Source: Clostridium sp. (GTDB lineage: Bacteria > Bacillota > Clostridia > Clostridiales > Clostridiaceae). Taken from it: a DNA stretch of 64,000 bases. The translations under genes were made by a program, and so were the position numbers. Positions 20,844 to 30,903 of this stretch are shown here, piece after piece (positions within the stretch are counted from its first letter, which is position 1; every line of letters begins with the position of its first letter). The notes beneath the pieces are model-generated. The model was not told where the DNA came from, made no database searches, and saw only the letters and a list, made by a program, of their open reading frames with translations. The DNA is taken from the NCBI GenBank assembly GCA_015058375.1, contig SVCK01000150.1, positions 2,472 to 66,471 of the forward strand, written 5' to 3'.

Positions 20844-21761
20844 TTAAAATATACTTAAATCAAGTTCTTGTGATAAATCTTTTAACACATGAAAACCAGC
20901 AGCACTATTACCTTTTTTATCAAGAGCAGGACCATAAACCCCTATTCCCATCCATCTTGGTACTGTAGCAATAATTCCTCCGCCAACTCCACTTTTAGCT
21001 GGCACTCCAATTTTTACTGCAAACTCCCCCGAAGCATCATACATGCCACAAGTAACCATTATAGTTTTAACTATTCTACAGTTTTCTCTTGAAATAAGTC
21101 TCTCCCCACTCCAAGGAGTCACCCCATCATTAGCAAGTACAGCTCCAAACATAGCTAAATCCATAGCAGTTGCTTCTATTGAACATTGTCTAAAATATAA
21201 ATCTAAAATTTCTTCAATATTTCCATCAATCATGCCATTACTCTTCATAAAATATCCTAAAGCTCTATTTCTATCTCCTGTCTCTTTTTCTGAAATATAT
21301 ACTTCTTCATTAAATCCTATATTAGGATTGTTAGTTGCATTCTTTATAAAATCGAGGATTCTTTGAAATTTATCCCCTTGATTCTCTCCATATATCAATG
21401 ATGTCGTAACTATAGCCCCTGCATTTATCATTGGATTATAAGGTTTATTTTGATCTTTCTTCTCTAGACTTACTATACTGTTAAATTCATCTCCTGTAGG
21501 TTCAACGTTTACCTTACTAAAAACATTTTTTCTTCCATTATCGCCAAGAGCAAGTATTAAACTTACCACCTTTGATATACTTTGTATAGTAAATTTCTTA
21601 TCATATTCTCCTGCAAAATATTTTCTACCTTGAAGATCTACAATAGCAATTCCTAAGTCATCTGGATTTGCTCTCAATAGTGCTGGTATATAAGAAGCTA
21701 AACTTCCTTCTTTTCCATAGCACTTATTCTTTTCAACAAGACTTTCCAATAATTTATACAT
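20844..21761 (-). CDS. glsA: Glutaminase A
   Basis: YIPAL, FTIQSISK, NPMINAGA, PAKSGVGGG. Confidence 0.96.
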   Translation of the reverse strand: MYKLLESLVEKNKCYGKEGSLASYIPALLRANPDDLGIAIVDLQGRKYFAGEYDKKFTIQSISKVVSLILALGDNGRKNVFSKVNVEPTGDEFNSIVSLEKKDQNKPYNPMINAGAIVTTSLIYGENQGDKFQRILDFIKNATNNPNIGFNEEVYISEKETGDRNRALGYFMKSNGMIDGNIEEILDLYFRQCSIEATAMDLAMFGAVLANDGVTPWSGERLISRENCRIVKTIMVTCGMYDASGEFAVKIGVPAKSGVGGGIIATVPRWMGIGVYGPALDKKGNSAAGFHVLKDLSQELDLSIF

Positions 21762-21908
21762 AAAGTTTAATCACCTCTTTTATCATTTGTTCAAAATCTT
21801 ATTATATTACTTAATAATTATTTTCTCAATATAACCAAAAAATATAAAAAAAGAGTTGATGTAAACAAAATATAATTATACATCAACTCCTCTATATTAT
21901 AATTATTC

Positions 21909-22544
21909 TTAATACTCTTCTACCTGTTTTTCTGCTTCTTGAGCCTCTTTTTCAAGCAACTCTGCTTCTTTCAAAGCTTTTTCTGCATTAAGTCTTGCTT
22001 CCTCTGCTTCCTTCTTAGCTCTTAAAGCTTGTTCTTTCTTAGCTTGTACAGCTTTTTTCTTTTCTTCAATCTTTTGAGCTTCTTCTGCTCTTGATTTACT
22101 ATTTTTAGCTAACTTCTCATCAAAAATATCTATTTCTCTTATAAGTCCTTCAATAAAAATTGTAAATCTCTTTTTTACTCTTCCCTTGAAGACAAGATTT
22201 TGAATAAGCACATTAAACCATGGCACAAATCCTCTACTTACATCATCTTCTACTAATGTAATTCTTGTAGAATTTTCATCCACCACTTCAAAAGTATATT
22301 TAGAAGTATAAATACTACTTGGAGATGAACTTTTTATTTCATATAACTCATTTTTCTTAAAGTTTGTAATCTCTACTTCTAATTTAGCACTTTGAGCTGA
22401 ATAAGTTCCTACTTTCTTAACAATTTTACATCCTATAGGATTACTTTCATTAAATTTGGGAAAATCTTTTTTTGCTGTTCTTATAAAAACATTAAAAACC
22501 TTTTCTACAGGATAATTAATAACGGCTGAATTTGAAAAAGCCAT
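21909..22544 (-). CDS. DUF3284/SRPBCC-like protein with C-terminal coiled coil
   Basis: SRPBCC-like N-terminal pattern, E/K/A-rich tail, adjacent to PTS IIC; start behind a GGAGG RBS. Confidence 0.55.
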   Translation of the reverse strand: MAFSNSAVINYPVEKVFNVFIRTAKKDFPKFNESNPIGCKIVKKVGTYSAQSAKLEVEITNFKKNELYEIKSSSPSSIYTSKYTFEVVDENSTRITLVEDDVSRGFVPWFNVLIQNLVFKGRVKKRFTIFIEGLIREIDIFDEKLAKNSKSRAEEAQKIEEKKKAVQAKKEQALRAKKEAEEARLNAEKALKEAELLEKEAQEAEKQVEEY

Positions 22545-22700
22545 TAAATCCACCTCCACTTTATTTAAATTATGTAACTATTATATCACAAAAACTACTA
22601 TTGTAAGCTTTTCAATATATAAGCAAAGTAACTTTTGCTAAATATTCAAAAAGAATGCATAAGCTTTTGCCTATGCATTCTTTTTATATAAAACTATCTT

Positions 22701-24077
22701 TTAAGCTTCTTCTACATTTTGTTGTCTATTAGCAACCAATACGAATGGTGTCCATAATAGTATTGAGAATACTAATAATGCAGCTGCAAGAACTGTTGCC
22801 TTCCAATCTCCACCTGTTGCAAAGAATGCTGATACTACTGGAGGACAAGTCCAAGGTACATCAACACAAATGTAATGTGCAAATGGTATTGGCTCTGTAA
22901 ATATCCAAGCAATTGTTAACATTAAAGGTGTATTTAATAAGAATGGAATGAAGTAAGTTACATTTAAGATTATTGGTAAACCAAATATAACTGGTTCATT
23001 AATTTGGAAACATGCTGGTGCTATTGCAAGTTTAGCAAGTTCTCTTGATTCTTCTCTCTTAGAGAATAAGAATATTGCTATTAATAGACCAATTGTTCCA
23101 CCAGATCCACCTGGCATAGCATAAACATCGATAAAGTTTCTTGTCAATGCGAATTCAGGATCTAATCCTTGAGAATATCTATCTATATTAGCTAACTTAG
23201 CTGGTTCATATAATGGTTTTAATATTGCTTCTACAATGTTCATACCATGTAATCCGAAGAACCATAATAATTGAGCTAGTAATGATAAGAATATAAATGT
23301 AACTGGTGATTGACCTAAATGCATTAATGGTTGTTGTAATGTATTAAATAACCATGATGGTAAATCTTTTTGAATACCATTTATAAATATAGTTGAAACA
23401 ATACCAAATACAAGCATTGTTGCCATACCTGGAATTAATGCTGCGAAAGATCTCATAACAGCTGGTGGCACTTGATCTGGCATCTTAATTACAATACCTC
23501 TTTTAGTTATTCTAACGAAAATTTCAGTAGCTATAAATGCTGTAAGAATACTTGTAAACATTGCATTTGCTCCAAGCCAATCCATGTTATAAACACCTGA
23601 AACACCTGCTACATATTCACCTGTTTTAGCATCTAAAGTAAATACGTTTCCGTTATCAAAAGTAGTAGTCATTAATATAAAGTAACAAGAAAATGCACAA
23701 ATTGCAGCTCCTAATGGATCTGTATCATAAGATTTTGCTAATGAATAAGCTATTGTTATAACCAATAATATAGCTAAAATCTTTAATGTACCATTTTGAA
23801 TTTGCCATCCCATATTAATAATATATTTATCTAATACAGGTGATACATAATCTTTCCAGAAACCTAATTTGTATAATTGTTTACCTATGATAGCAGCGTC
23901 ATCATGATTGAAGAAAACGCAATTGAAAAGAACGGCAAATGCACCTGCGATAGATGCTGTCATAGTTGCGATGAAACCATCTCTTAATGCAACTAAGTGT
24001 CTTTGAGTTCCGACTTTCTGAGCGATTGGTAATAAGAATTTTTCCATTGCTTCAGATAACTTGTCCATAAAACCCAT
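22701..24077 (-). CDS. PTS lactose/cellobiose-family IIC component
   Basis: HLVALRDGF, LLWFFGLHG, GGSGGT, FQINEPVIFGLPIILN. Confidence 0.93.
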   Translation of the reverse strand: MGFMDKLSEAMEKFLLPIAQKVGTQRHLVALRDGFIATMTASIAGAFAVLFNCVFFNHDDAAIIGKQLYKLGFWKDYVSPVLDKYIINMGWQIQNGTLKILAILLVITIAYSLAKSYDTDPLGAAICAFSCYFILMTTTFDNGNVFTLDAKTGEYVAGVSGVYNMDWLGANAMFTSILTAFIATEIFVRITKRGIVIKMPDQVPPAVMRSFAALIPGMATMLVFGIVSTIFINGIQKDLPSWLFNTLQQPLMHLGQSPVTFIFLSLLAQLLWFFGLHGMNIVEAILKPLYEPAKLANIDRYSQGLDPEFALTRNFIDVYAMPGGSGGTIGLLIAIFLFSKREESRELAKLAIAPACFQINEPVIFGLPIILNVTYFIPFLLNTPLMLTIAWIFTEPIPFAHYICVDVPWTCPPVVSAFFATGGDWKATVLAAALLVFSILLWTPFVLVANRQQNVEEA

Positions 24078-24122
24078 TTTAATCCCCCCTAAGTTAATTT
24101 ATTATAGTTATAATAGTTATAA

Positions 24123-24141
24123 ATATATATATATATATATA
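24123..24141. repeat. (AT)9 microsatellite upstream of PTS IIC
   Basis: ATATATATATATATATATA read directly from the sequence. Confidence 0.9.
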
Positions 24142-24240
24142 GATTTGAATAAACAAATCTAATATAGCAAAATTAAATTTTATAATTAAAATATTAGCTT
24201 ATTAAATTTATCGTATTAACATAATTGTATTTTATGAAAA

Positions 24241-24549
24241 CTATTTTGTTTCATTTAAATAAATTGCATTCTTACCAAACATAAATAACCAGCTAAATAT
24301 TTGTTTTAATCCTTTTAAATTCGTTCCACAACTTAATCTTAAAGTTTCTTTATTTCTTATTTCTACTTGTTTAGCAATGCTTTTACACCACATACATTTA
24401 ACAAATATTTCGTGTTTTCCAGCTTCTAACCTAACAACTTTTCTCTTACCATTATCAATAGTATTAACTTCTTTACCATCAATAAAAATTTTAAATTCAG
24501 CTAGATTATTAACCTGTTCATATTCTCTTGTAAAAATAATATCGCCCAT
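24241..24549 (-). CDS. Hypothetical beta-rich protein
   Basis: ORF with an AGGTG RBS; FKIFIDGK...GKHEI pattern. Confidence 0.7.
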   Translation of the reverse strand: MGDIIFTREYEQVNNLAEFKIFIDGKEVNTIDNGKRKVVRLEAGKHEIFVKCMWCKSIAKQVEIRNKETLRLSCGTNLKGLKQIFSWLFMFGKNAIYLNETK

Positions 24550-24561
24550 ACCTGCACCTTA

Positions 24562-24876
24562 TTACTCTTCTATATATTTCATTACATCAGGCATAAACTT
24601 TTCTGTCTGCTTTAATCCAAAAGCTGAAGGTTTAATTAGAATATATGGTACTTTCTTAGCATCTAAATCTGCCATAATCTTTGCTTGTACTAGCATAACT
24701 TCTGGTGAAATAATTACCACCTTTATATCTTCTTTATCTAATACATCAACATAATTTTTGTCATTTGCATAAATCCATTTAATAGGCAAACTATTTTTTT
24801 CAGTATACTCGTTCATAAATTTTTCAAAAGATTTTGATTGAGCTTGTCCTTTGCTAATTACTAATACATTATTCAT
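24562..24876 (-). CDS. PTS IIB (cellobiose-type)-like protein lacking the catalytic Cys
   Basis: NVLVISKGQAQS aligns to the canonical ILLxCxxGxST; VVIISPEV to VVLLGPQV; IKPSAFG to I...YG; AGGAGG RBS. Confidence 0.65.
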   Translation of the reverse strand: MNNVLVISKGQAQSKSFEKFMNEYTEKNSLPIKWIYANDKNYVDVLDKEDIKVVIISPEVMLVQAKIMADLDAKKVPYILIKPSAFGLKQTEKFMPDVMKYIEE

Positions 24877-25010
24877 TAATATACTCCTCCTAAAACTGCT
24901 CACTTTACAGCATCTAAATTATGTAATAAAACCCTTTTAAAACCATGATATAATTTACAGTAAAGCTTATCATAAAACTTCTTATCAACTGTTAAAAAAT
25001 CACTTTGGTT

Positions 25011-25060
25011 TTGAAAATCTTTACAAGAGTAATTGTACACCCTTTTTTCAAAATTGTAAA
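25011..25060 (-). promoter_or_regulatory. sigma-A promoter with a cre/LacI-like palindrome near +1
   Basis: Minus strand TTTACA-17-TACAAT, then TTGTAAAGATTTTCAA. Confidence 0.5.
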
Positions 25061-25343
25061 TAGAATCCATAGCATTTTTTTATTTTTTTACCAATCTTTT
25101 TAAATTATACCCACCAATTAACTAATTATCATATAAATTGATATAAGAATAACATTATCCAAAAAAACACTATATTTTTTAAACAAAATGATTTCAAAAA
25201 CAAAACCAAAAAAATAATTTGCACAATATAGTATTTTAATAAAGGTAATATTTCATAAAAAACAAAATATAATTCCAATATTAAACTAATCTATACATAG
25301 CAAATTATTTTATCTTTTTTTGATATATTTTTTTATATTAATA

Positions 25344-26552
25344 TTAAAGCATTGCTTCTAATCTTTTTCTTATTTCTTTTATAAAATCAAAACTATTAGC
25401 TATAGTAACATTTTCTTTAGTTGTAAGAAGTGCCAAGTCTTTAGTCATAACACCATCTTCTATTGTTTGTAAAGACGCCTTTTCCAACTTGTCTGCAAAT
25501 TCCACAAGTGCAGTATTTCTGTCTAATTCTCCTCTCTTTCTAAGAGCTCCAGACCAAGCAAATATAGTTGCTATTGAATTAGTTGAAGTTTCTTCTCCTT
25601 TTAAATGTTTATAATAATGTCTTTGAACAGTTCCATGAGCTGCCTCATATTCATATTTTCCTTCTGGAGATACTAAAACCGAAGTCATCATAGCAAGTAA
25701 ACCAAAAGCAGTAGCTACCATATCACTCATTACATCTCCATCATAGTTTTTGCAAGCCCAAATCATTCCCCCATTTGATCTTACAACTCTCGCAACAACA
25801 TCATCTATTAATGTATAAAAATATTCAATTCCTGCCTGTTCAAACTTTTCTTTATATTCTGCATCAAATATTTCTTGGAATATATCTTTAAATGTATGAT
25901 CATATTGCTTAGATATAGTATCTTTAGTAGCAAACCATAAATCTTGTTTTATATCTAATGCATAATTAAAGCAACATCTTGCAAATGAAGAAATTGATTT
26001 ATTTAAATTATGCATACCTAAAACTATTCCTGCATCATCAAATTCATGAATAAGTTCTCTTTGTTCTGTTCCATCCTCTGCTGTATATACAAGTTCACAT
26101 TTACCTTTTCCAGGTATCTTCATTTCTACATCTCTATAAACATCACCATAAGCATGTCTCGCTATAGTTATTGGTTTAGTCCAATTACTTACATATGGTT
26201 TAATTCCATCAACTATAATTGGTGCTCTAAACACAGTACCATCTAATATAGCTCTTACAGTACCATTTGGACTCTTCCACATTTTCTTTAAATCATACTC
26301 TTTAACTCTTGCAGCATTAGGTGTTATAGTTGCACACTTAACTCCTACCCCATATTTTTTAATAGCATTTGCTGCATCTGTTGTAACTTTATCATCTGTT
26401 TCATTTCTATGAACTAGCCCCAAATCATAATACTCAGTATTTAAATCTATAAATGGAAATAAAAGTTCATCTTTTATAGCCTTCCATAAGATTCTTGTCA
26501 TTTCGTCTCCATCCATTTCAACTAATGGAATGTTCATTTTAATCTTTTCCAT
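25344..26552 (-). CDS. icd: NADP-dependent isocitrate dehydrogenase
   Basis: [32 protein letters not shown]. Confidence 0.96.
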   Translation of the reverse strand: MEKIKMNIPLVEMDGDEMTRILWKAIKDELLFPFIDLNTEYYDLGLVHRNETDDKVTTDAANAIKKYGVGVKCATITPNAARVKEYDLKKMWKSPNGTVRAILDGTVFRAPIIVDGIKPYVSNWTKPITIARHAYGDVYRDVEMKIPGKGKCELVYTAEDGTEQRELIHEFDDAGIVLGMHNLNKSISSFARCCFNYALDIKQDLWFATKDTISKQYDHTFKDIFQEIFDAEYKEKFEQAGIEYFYTLIDDVVARVVRSNGGMIWACKNYDGDVMSDMVATAFGLLAMMTSVLVSPEGKYEYEAAHGTVQRHYYKHLKGEETSTNSIATIFAWSGALRKRGELDRNTALVEFADKLEKASLQTIEDGVMTKDLALLTTKENVTIANSFDFIKEIRKRLEAML

Positions 26553-26727
26553 TGTCTGCCCCCTTAATAATAAAATTGTGCCAAAAAAGCAACTTAAAAT
26601 TATACTTTTCTAGCCATTTTCATAGAAGTATTATACATTAAATATAAATTTTATTCAATGTCACTACTTTAAATATAGTATTCATAAATAAACAAAAAAA
26701 TAGAGGTATAAAACCTCCATTTTTTTA

Positions 26728-27000
26728 TCATTCAACATCTTTATAATCAACTTCGATAGCATTACTTATATCAAAATTTGAATCAACATTTGAGTTTTCT
26801 ATATTTTCCTGTCTACTAAAATCAAAACTTGAAAACTTTTTTCTATTTTGTATCTTAAATTTTATATATTTATAAAGTTTAACAACAATATATACTGATA
26901 TACCACCTAAAATTATATAAGGTAATATCTTTAAGAATACAGCTAGAAGTAAAACACCTATAATAATAAACACAACATTCCTTATATTTTTATTTTCCAT
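26728..27000 (-). CDS. Small membrane protein
   Basis: Hydrophobic N-terminus, C-terminal IEVDYKDV; GAGGG RBS. Confidence 0.65.
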   Translation of the reverse strand: MENKNIRNVVFIIIGVLLLAVFLKILPYIILGGISVYIVVKLYKYIKFKIQNRKKFSSFDFSRQENIENSNVDSNFDISNAIEVDYKDVE

Positions 27001-27065
27001 GATTTTTCCCTCATCTATTTTATATTTATTATTATAATATATCATTGAAGAACAATTATCAATTA

Positions 27066-28346
27066 TTAATTAATATTTTCATCATTACTATTACATTCAA
27101 AAACTATTCTAAATTCAGTTAACTCTTTAGAACTTGCAACATTTATATGTCCATTATATTTTTCTACTAATTCTTTTACAATACTTAATCCAAATCCATG
27201 TCCTTTTTCTATATTATCCTTTGTTGTAAAACCTGTCTCAAAAATATTTAGCAATGCACTTTGGGGAATTTCAGGTCCGTCATTTTGTATTAAAATTATA
27301 ACTTGATCTTCTAATTGATAAGCTTTAGCAAAAATATTACCTTGTCCTTCCATAGCTTCAACCGCATTACTTATAATATTAGATAAAACTCTAAATAGTT
27401 CAAGCTTTGGAATAATTAATTTGCTTAAATCTGCTTTTTCTTCGATAGTAACTTTGATATTATTACTCTTAACAGCCGTTTCTAAAGCCATTTGCAAAAC
27501 AGAATCAGATTTCTTTTCGTTAATCTTATTAGAATAATCACTAATATCTATTACATCTTTCAATGCATTTTTCAACTCATCATATCTATCCATTAAACAA
27601 AGACCATAAAAATAAGAAATTTGTGTTCCATAATCATGTTTTATTTTTCTTAATTTATTGTTATTATTTTTTAAATCAGAATTTAATCTGTTAATTTCAC
27701 GACTTTTAGAAGATATTTTTACCATATATATAAATGCAAAAGTTAGAAATAAGTAAAATAGTATAGTTAAAATATTTTTCAATGCTTCATTATTTAATCC
27801 CAAAACATAATTATCACTTACATTTAATGCAACACACCATATATCTAATATTATAATAGATCGTAATAAATAATTTTCTCCCTCTAATATTGATTGATAT
27901 AATTCACACATTTTATCAATATATTTCAATTGTAAAATTGCAATCAAACTTCTAATAGTTGCTACTATACAGAACATGTAAAAATAATTGTATTCTGATA
28001 CACATATTCTCATAAAAATATTAGAAAAATTATTTTGCAATACAGTTGAAATACATGCCATGATAAATATTATAATTCCTGTAGATATTAATGCAGATTT
28101 TAATTTTTTTCTATGAACTATACAAATAACAGCAAAAGTAATTGTAACCCCAATTATATGCCTTACCCATATCGCATCAAAAAGTTCTAAAAACATCGAT
28201 GAATCTAAAACTATAAGCAATATAAAAGATACCAAAAAGCTTTTTATATTTATTTTCTTATCATTACAAAAATAATCTGCTGTATAAGAACATAAAAAAC
28301 TTTCTAATATAGTTACTATTGTATCTATAAAAGTCATAACAAACAT
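27066..28346 (-). CDS. AgrC-like membrane sensor histidine kinase (GHKL)
   Basis: About 6 TM helices; KIKHDY H-box; SNIISNAVEA, NDGP, GFTTK, GHGFGL. Confidence 0.88.
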   Translation of the reverse strand: MFVMTFIDTIVTILESFLCSYTADYFCNDKKINIKSFLVSFILLIVLDSSMFLELFDAIWVRHIIGVTITFAVICIVHRKKLKSALISTGIIIFIMACISTVLQNNFSNIFMRICVSEYNYFYMFCIVATIRSLIAILQLKYIDKMCELYQSILEGENYLLRSIIILDIWCVALNVSDNYVLGLNNEALKNILTILFYLFLTFAFIYMVKISSKSREINRLNSDLKNNNNKLRKIKHDYGTQISYFYGLCLMDRYDELKNALKDVIDISDYSNKINEKKSDSVLQMALETAVKSNNIKVTIEEKADLSKLIIPKLELFRVLSNIISNAVEAMEGQGNIFAKAYQLEDQVIILIQNDGPEIPQSALLNIFETGFTTKDNIEKGHGFGLSIVKELVEKYNGHINVASSKELTEFRIVFECNSNDENIN

Positions 28347-28436
28347 AACAAGTCTCCCATCATTTCATTGTCTTTTATATATCTTCTTAATTTAATATAT
28401 TATGCCTTAAAGATAATTTAATCTTTTACTTTAAAA

Positions 28437-28559
28437 TCATCTATCATTCTTAAGTACCTGAGGCATTTCTTCAATCCCCGCTGAAAATAAAGACACCATA
28501 TTTTCACATACAACTATATTTGAAACTTTCTTTAAAACTGAAACCAATACTTTTTTCAT
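28437..28559 (-). CDS. agrD: AgrD-like cyclic lactone autoinducer precursor, 40 aa (not in ORF track)
   Basis: MKKVLVSVLKKVSNIVVCENMVSLFSAGIEEMPQVLKNDR; GGGGGA RBS; amphipathic N-terminus and acidic EEMP tail; directly upstream of the kinase. Confidence 0.75.
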   Translation of the reverse strand: MKKVLVSVLKKVSNIVVCENMVSLFSAGIEEMPQVLKNDR

Positions 28560-29119
28560 ATGCTTCCCCCTATTATTATGTAATTTATTATTTTTTACAA
28601 GCTAATATATTCTAATACATTCGAACCCATTTTTCAACATTTTTGTAATTCAAAATTCACAATATGTCATATTTGTAATCTCTTTTATAGAATTTTAGCT
28701 GTATAATCATAAATTATTATTATTATTTTAAAATTTGCTACATTTTTAAAATAACAAGAAATCAAAAAAATAAAGATATAGACACAATATCTATATCTTT
28801 AAGCTACTTTATATCAAATTTAATTCGTGTACTTTTTTATTTTATCATACTCATCTATATATAATCAATATTCAACATTATAAATATAATGTATATGAAA
28901 TCAATAATTGGTAACACTAGAATTGTAGTAAAGGATGAAATTAAGTAATACTTTTACTTGTATAATATATTCTATTGTACATAAGCCAATTATTTAAATA
29001 TGATTTAAAAAACTTTCCTTAGTACAAAAAATGAGATGTATCAAAAACATTTCCCCAAAAGATTTTTAAAAGCTTAATATCTTTTGGGGAATTATCTTTC
29101 TAATGCATAATCTCATTTT

Positions 29120-29674
29120 TTAAATTTTAATTTTCTTAAATTTATCTTCATTTTCAAGAATTTCAGTAATCTTTATTACTATCTTAGAAATAAATAAACT
29201 AATTATCAAACCAACTAACACATCTGAAGGATAATGTACATATAAGTATAGCCTTGAAAAAGCAATTGTAGTAGCTAAAGCATAAGCAATAACTCCCACT
29301 TTCTTATTCATATAATACAATATACATGCCGATGCAAAAGATGTCATAGTATGCCCTGATGGGAAAGAATAATCTAACGGTGCATCAATTAATAAAGTAA
29401 TAAATTCATTAAAATTATAAGGTCTGGCTCTTGCTACTAATGGCTTTAAGCCTAAATTTCCAATTACAAAACAAAAAATTAACGAACCTATAACCATAAA
29501 TCCATATTTTCTATATCTACTACTAAGTGCAAGTATCAAACCAATAACAATCCATATACATCCAGCATTCCCCATGAATGTTACTTTAGTCATAAGCTTA
29601 TCCATAAATGGACCAGTAAAATTATTATGTATAAATACTAATATTTCTGTATCAATATTCTCAAGAAACTGCAT
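29120..29674 (-). CDS. PAP2-family phosphatase
   Basis: KPLVARARP, SFPSGH, SRLYLYVHYPSDV. Confidence 0.93.
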   Translation of the reverse strand: MQFLENIDTEILVFIHNNFTGPFMDKLMTKVTFMGNAGCIWIVIGLILALSSRYRKYGFMVIGSLIFCFVIGNLGLKPLVARARPYNFNEFITLLIDAPLDYSFPSGHTMTSFASACILYYMNKKVGVIAYALATTIAFSRLYLYVHYPSDVLVGLIISLFISKIVIKITEILENEDKFKKIKI

Positions 29675-29757
29675 ATATTTTCCCCCATCGAAACTTATAT
29701 ATATTACTATAATCTCATAGCTAATTTAATTCAATACTATAATTTATACCAATTTTT

Positions 29758-30426
29758 CTATACGCCTCTTTCATCCATTCCCCATATAATTTTATGCATT
29801 TGTACTTGTAATCTAACACCATTCAATTTATTACTTTTCATAAATTCAACTATGTCTTGTAAATTAATTGAACCAAATACTGGGCTAAAATATACCTGAC
29901 ACTTTGAAATCAATTCATATTTTTTAATGATATTTTCGGCATACCTCAAATCATTCATACTTGCTATTACAAATTTATAAACATCTCTTTTGGTTAAAAA
30001 CTTAAAATTATCTATATTCATGAATTCTGTCATCCCACTATCAGGAAGTTTAAAGTCAATTATATATCTTATATTTTCACTAGGTATCAAGCTTTTAAAT
30101 GGTTTAATTGCTATTGCTCCATTTGTTTCAATATTTATTTTCAATTTTTTATCTTTTGAAAGCAACATTAAAAGTTCTTCTATATTTGGTTGAATCAAAG
30201 GTTCTCCACCAGTAAGAGTGACATTATAAGTTTCATTTGATTTTATATAATTATAAATTTCCTCACCACTTAAAACCTCAAAAGATTCACTAGTATCATA
30301 AGAGTATTTAGTATCACACCACTTACATCTTAAATTGCATCCTTGAAATCTTATAAAAGTTGAAAGCTCACCTTGAGTAGGTCCTTCTCCATCAATTGAT
30401 AAAAATTTTTCAATTACCTTAAACAT
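29758..30426 (-). CDS. queE: 7-carboxy-7-deazaguanine synthase (radical SAM)
   Basis: F.SIDGEG, FIRFQGCNLRCKWCDT, TGGEP, ETNG, QMHK. Confidence 0.9.
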   Translation of the reverse strand: MFKVIEKFLSIDGEGPTQGELSTFIRFQGCNLRCKWCDTKYSYDTSESFEVLSGEEIYNYIKSNETYNVTLTGGEPLIQPNIEELLMLLSKDKKLKINIETNGAIAIKPFKSLIPSENIRYIIDFKLPDSGMTEFMNIDNFKFLTKRDVYKFVIASMNDLRYAENIIKKYELISKCQVYFSPVFGSINLQDIVEFMKSNKLNGVRLQVQMHKIIWGMDERGV

Positions 30427-30846
30427 TTATTCTTCCTCCATGTAAGTACAACTATTATTTGGTGTTTCATAAACCTCTACTTCATAAATAGGAAGATGCT
30501 TATCTTTAAGCATTTTATAAATATGCCTACTCATCTCCTCTGCTGTTGGTCTATAATCCACTAATAACACATCAAAATTTTTCAACTCATTTTTAAGCTT
30601 TATTCCCTCTTCATTTTTTTCAATAACTAATTTATGATCAAATATTTGTGCTATTTCTTTAAGCTCCTTTTTAAAGTCCCCAAAGTCTATTAACATACCT
30701 CTTTGCTGACCTTCATCTTGAAGTTTTTCTCCTTTTAAAGTAGCTATAACTTTATACCTATGTCCATGTATATTAGAACACTTGCCTTCATATCCACTTA
30801 AATAATGTGCCATATCAAACTGAATTTCACTTTTTAGTTTAAACAT
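30427..30846 (-). CDS. queD: 6-carboxytetrahydropterin synthase
   Basis: FDMAH, CSNIHGH, FDH, PTAE, VYETP; ATG behind a GAGGAG RBS. Confidence 0.92.
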   Translation of the reverse strand: MFKLKSEIQFDMAHYLSGYEGKCSNIHGHRYKVIATLKGEKLQDEGQQRGMLIDFGDFKKELKEIAQIFDHKLVIEKNEEGIKLKNELKNFDVLLVDYRPTAEEMSRHIYKMLKDKHLPIYEVEVYETPNNSCTYMEEE

Positions 30847-30903
30847 ATCATTCTCCTCACTATTTGTTAGTATCACAAATACATTATTATACCAATATAA
30901 ACT

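Noticed and set aside
25690-25712. IDH motif AFGLLAMM instead of the usual AFGSLAMM
   Set aside because: A single TCA-to-TTA change; it could be a strain variant or a sequencing error, and other catalytic motifs are intact.
28630-28685. TTTGTAAT direct repeats upstream of the agrD-like gene as a LytTR site
   Set aside because: Spacing is ~30 bp rather than the usual ~21-22 bp, and the sequence is low-complexity AT-rich.
30847-30903. Possible preQ1 riboswitch upstream of queD
   Set aside because: No preQ1 stem-loop or A-rich tail pattern, and the leader is too short.
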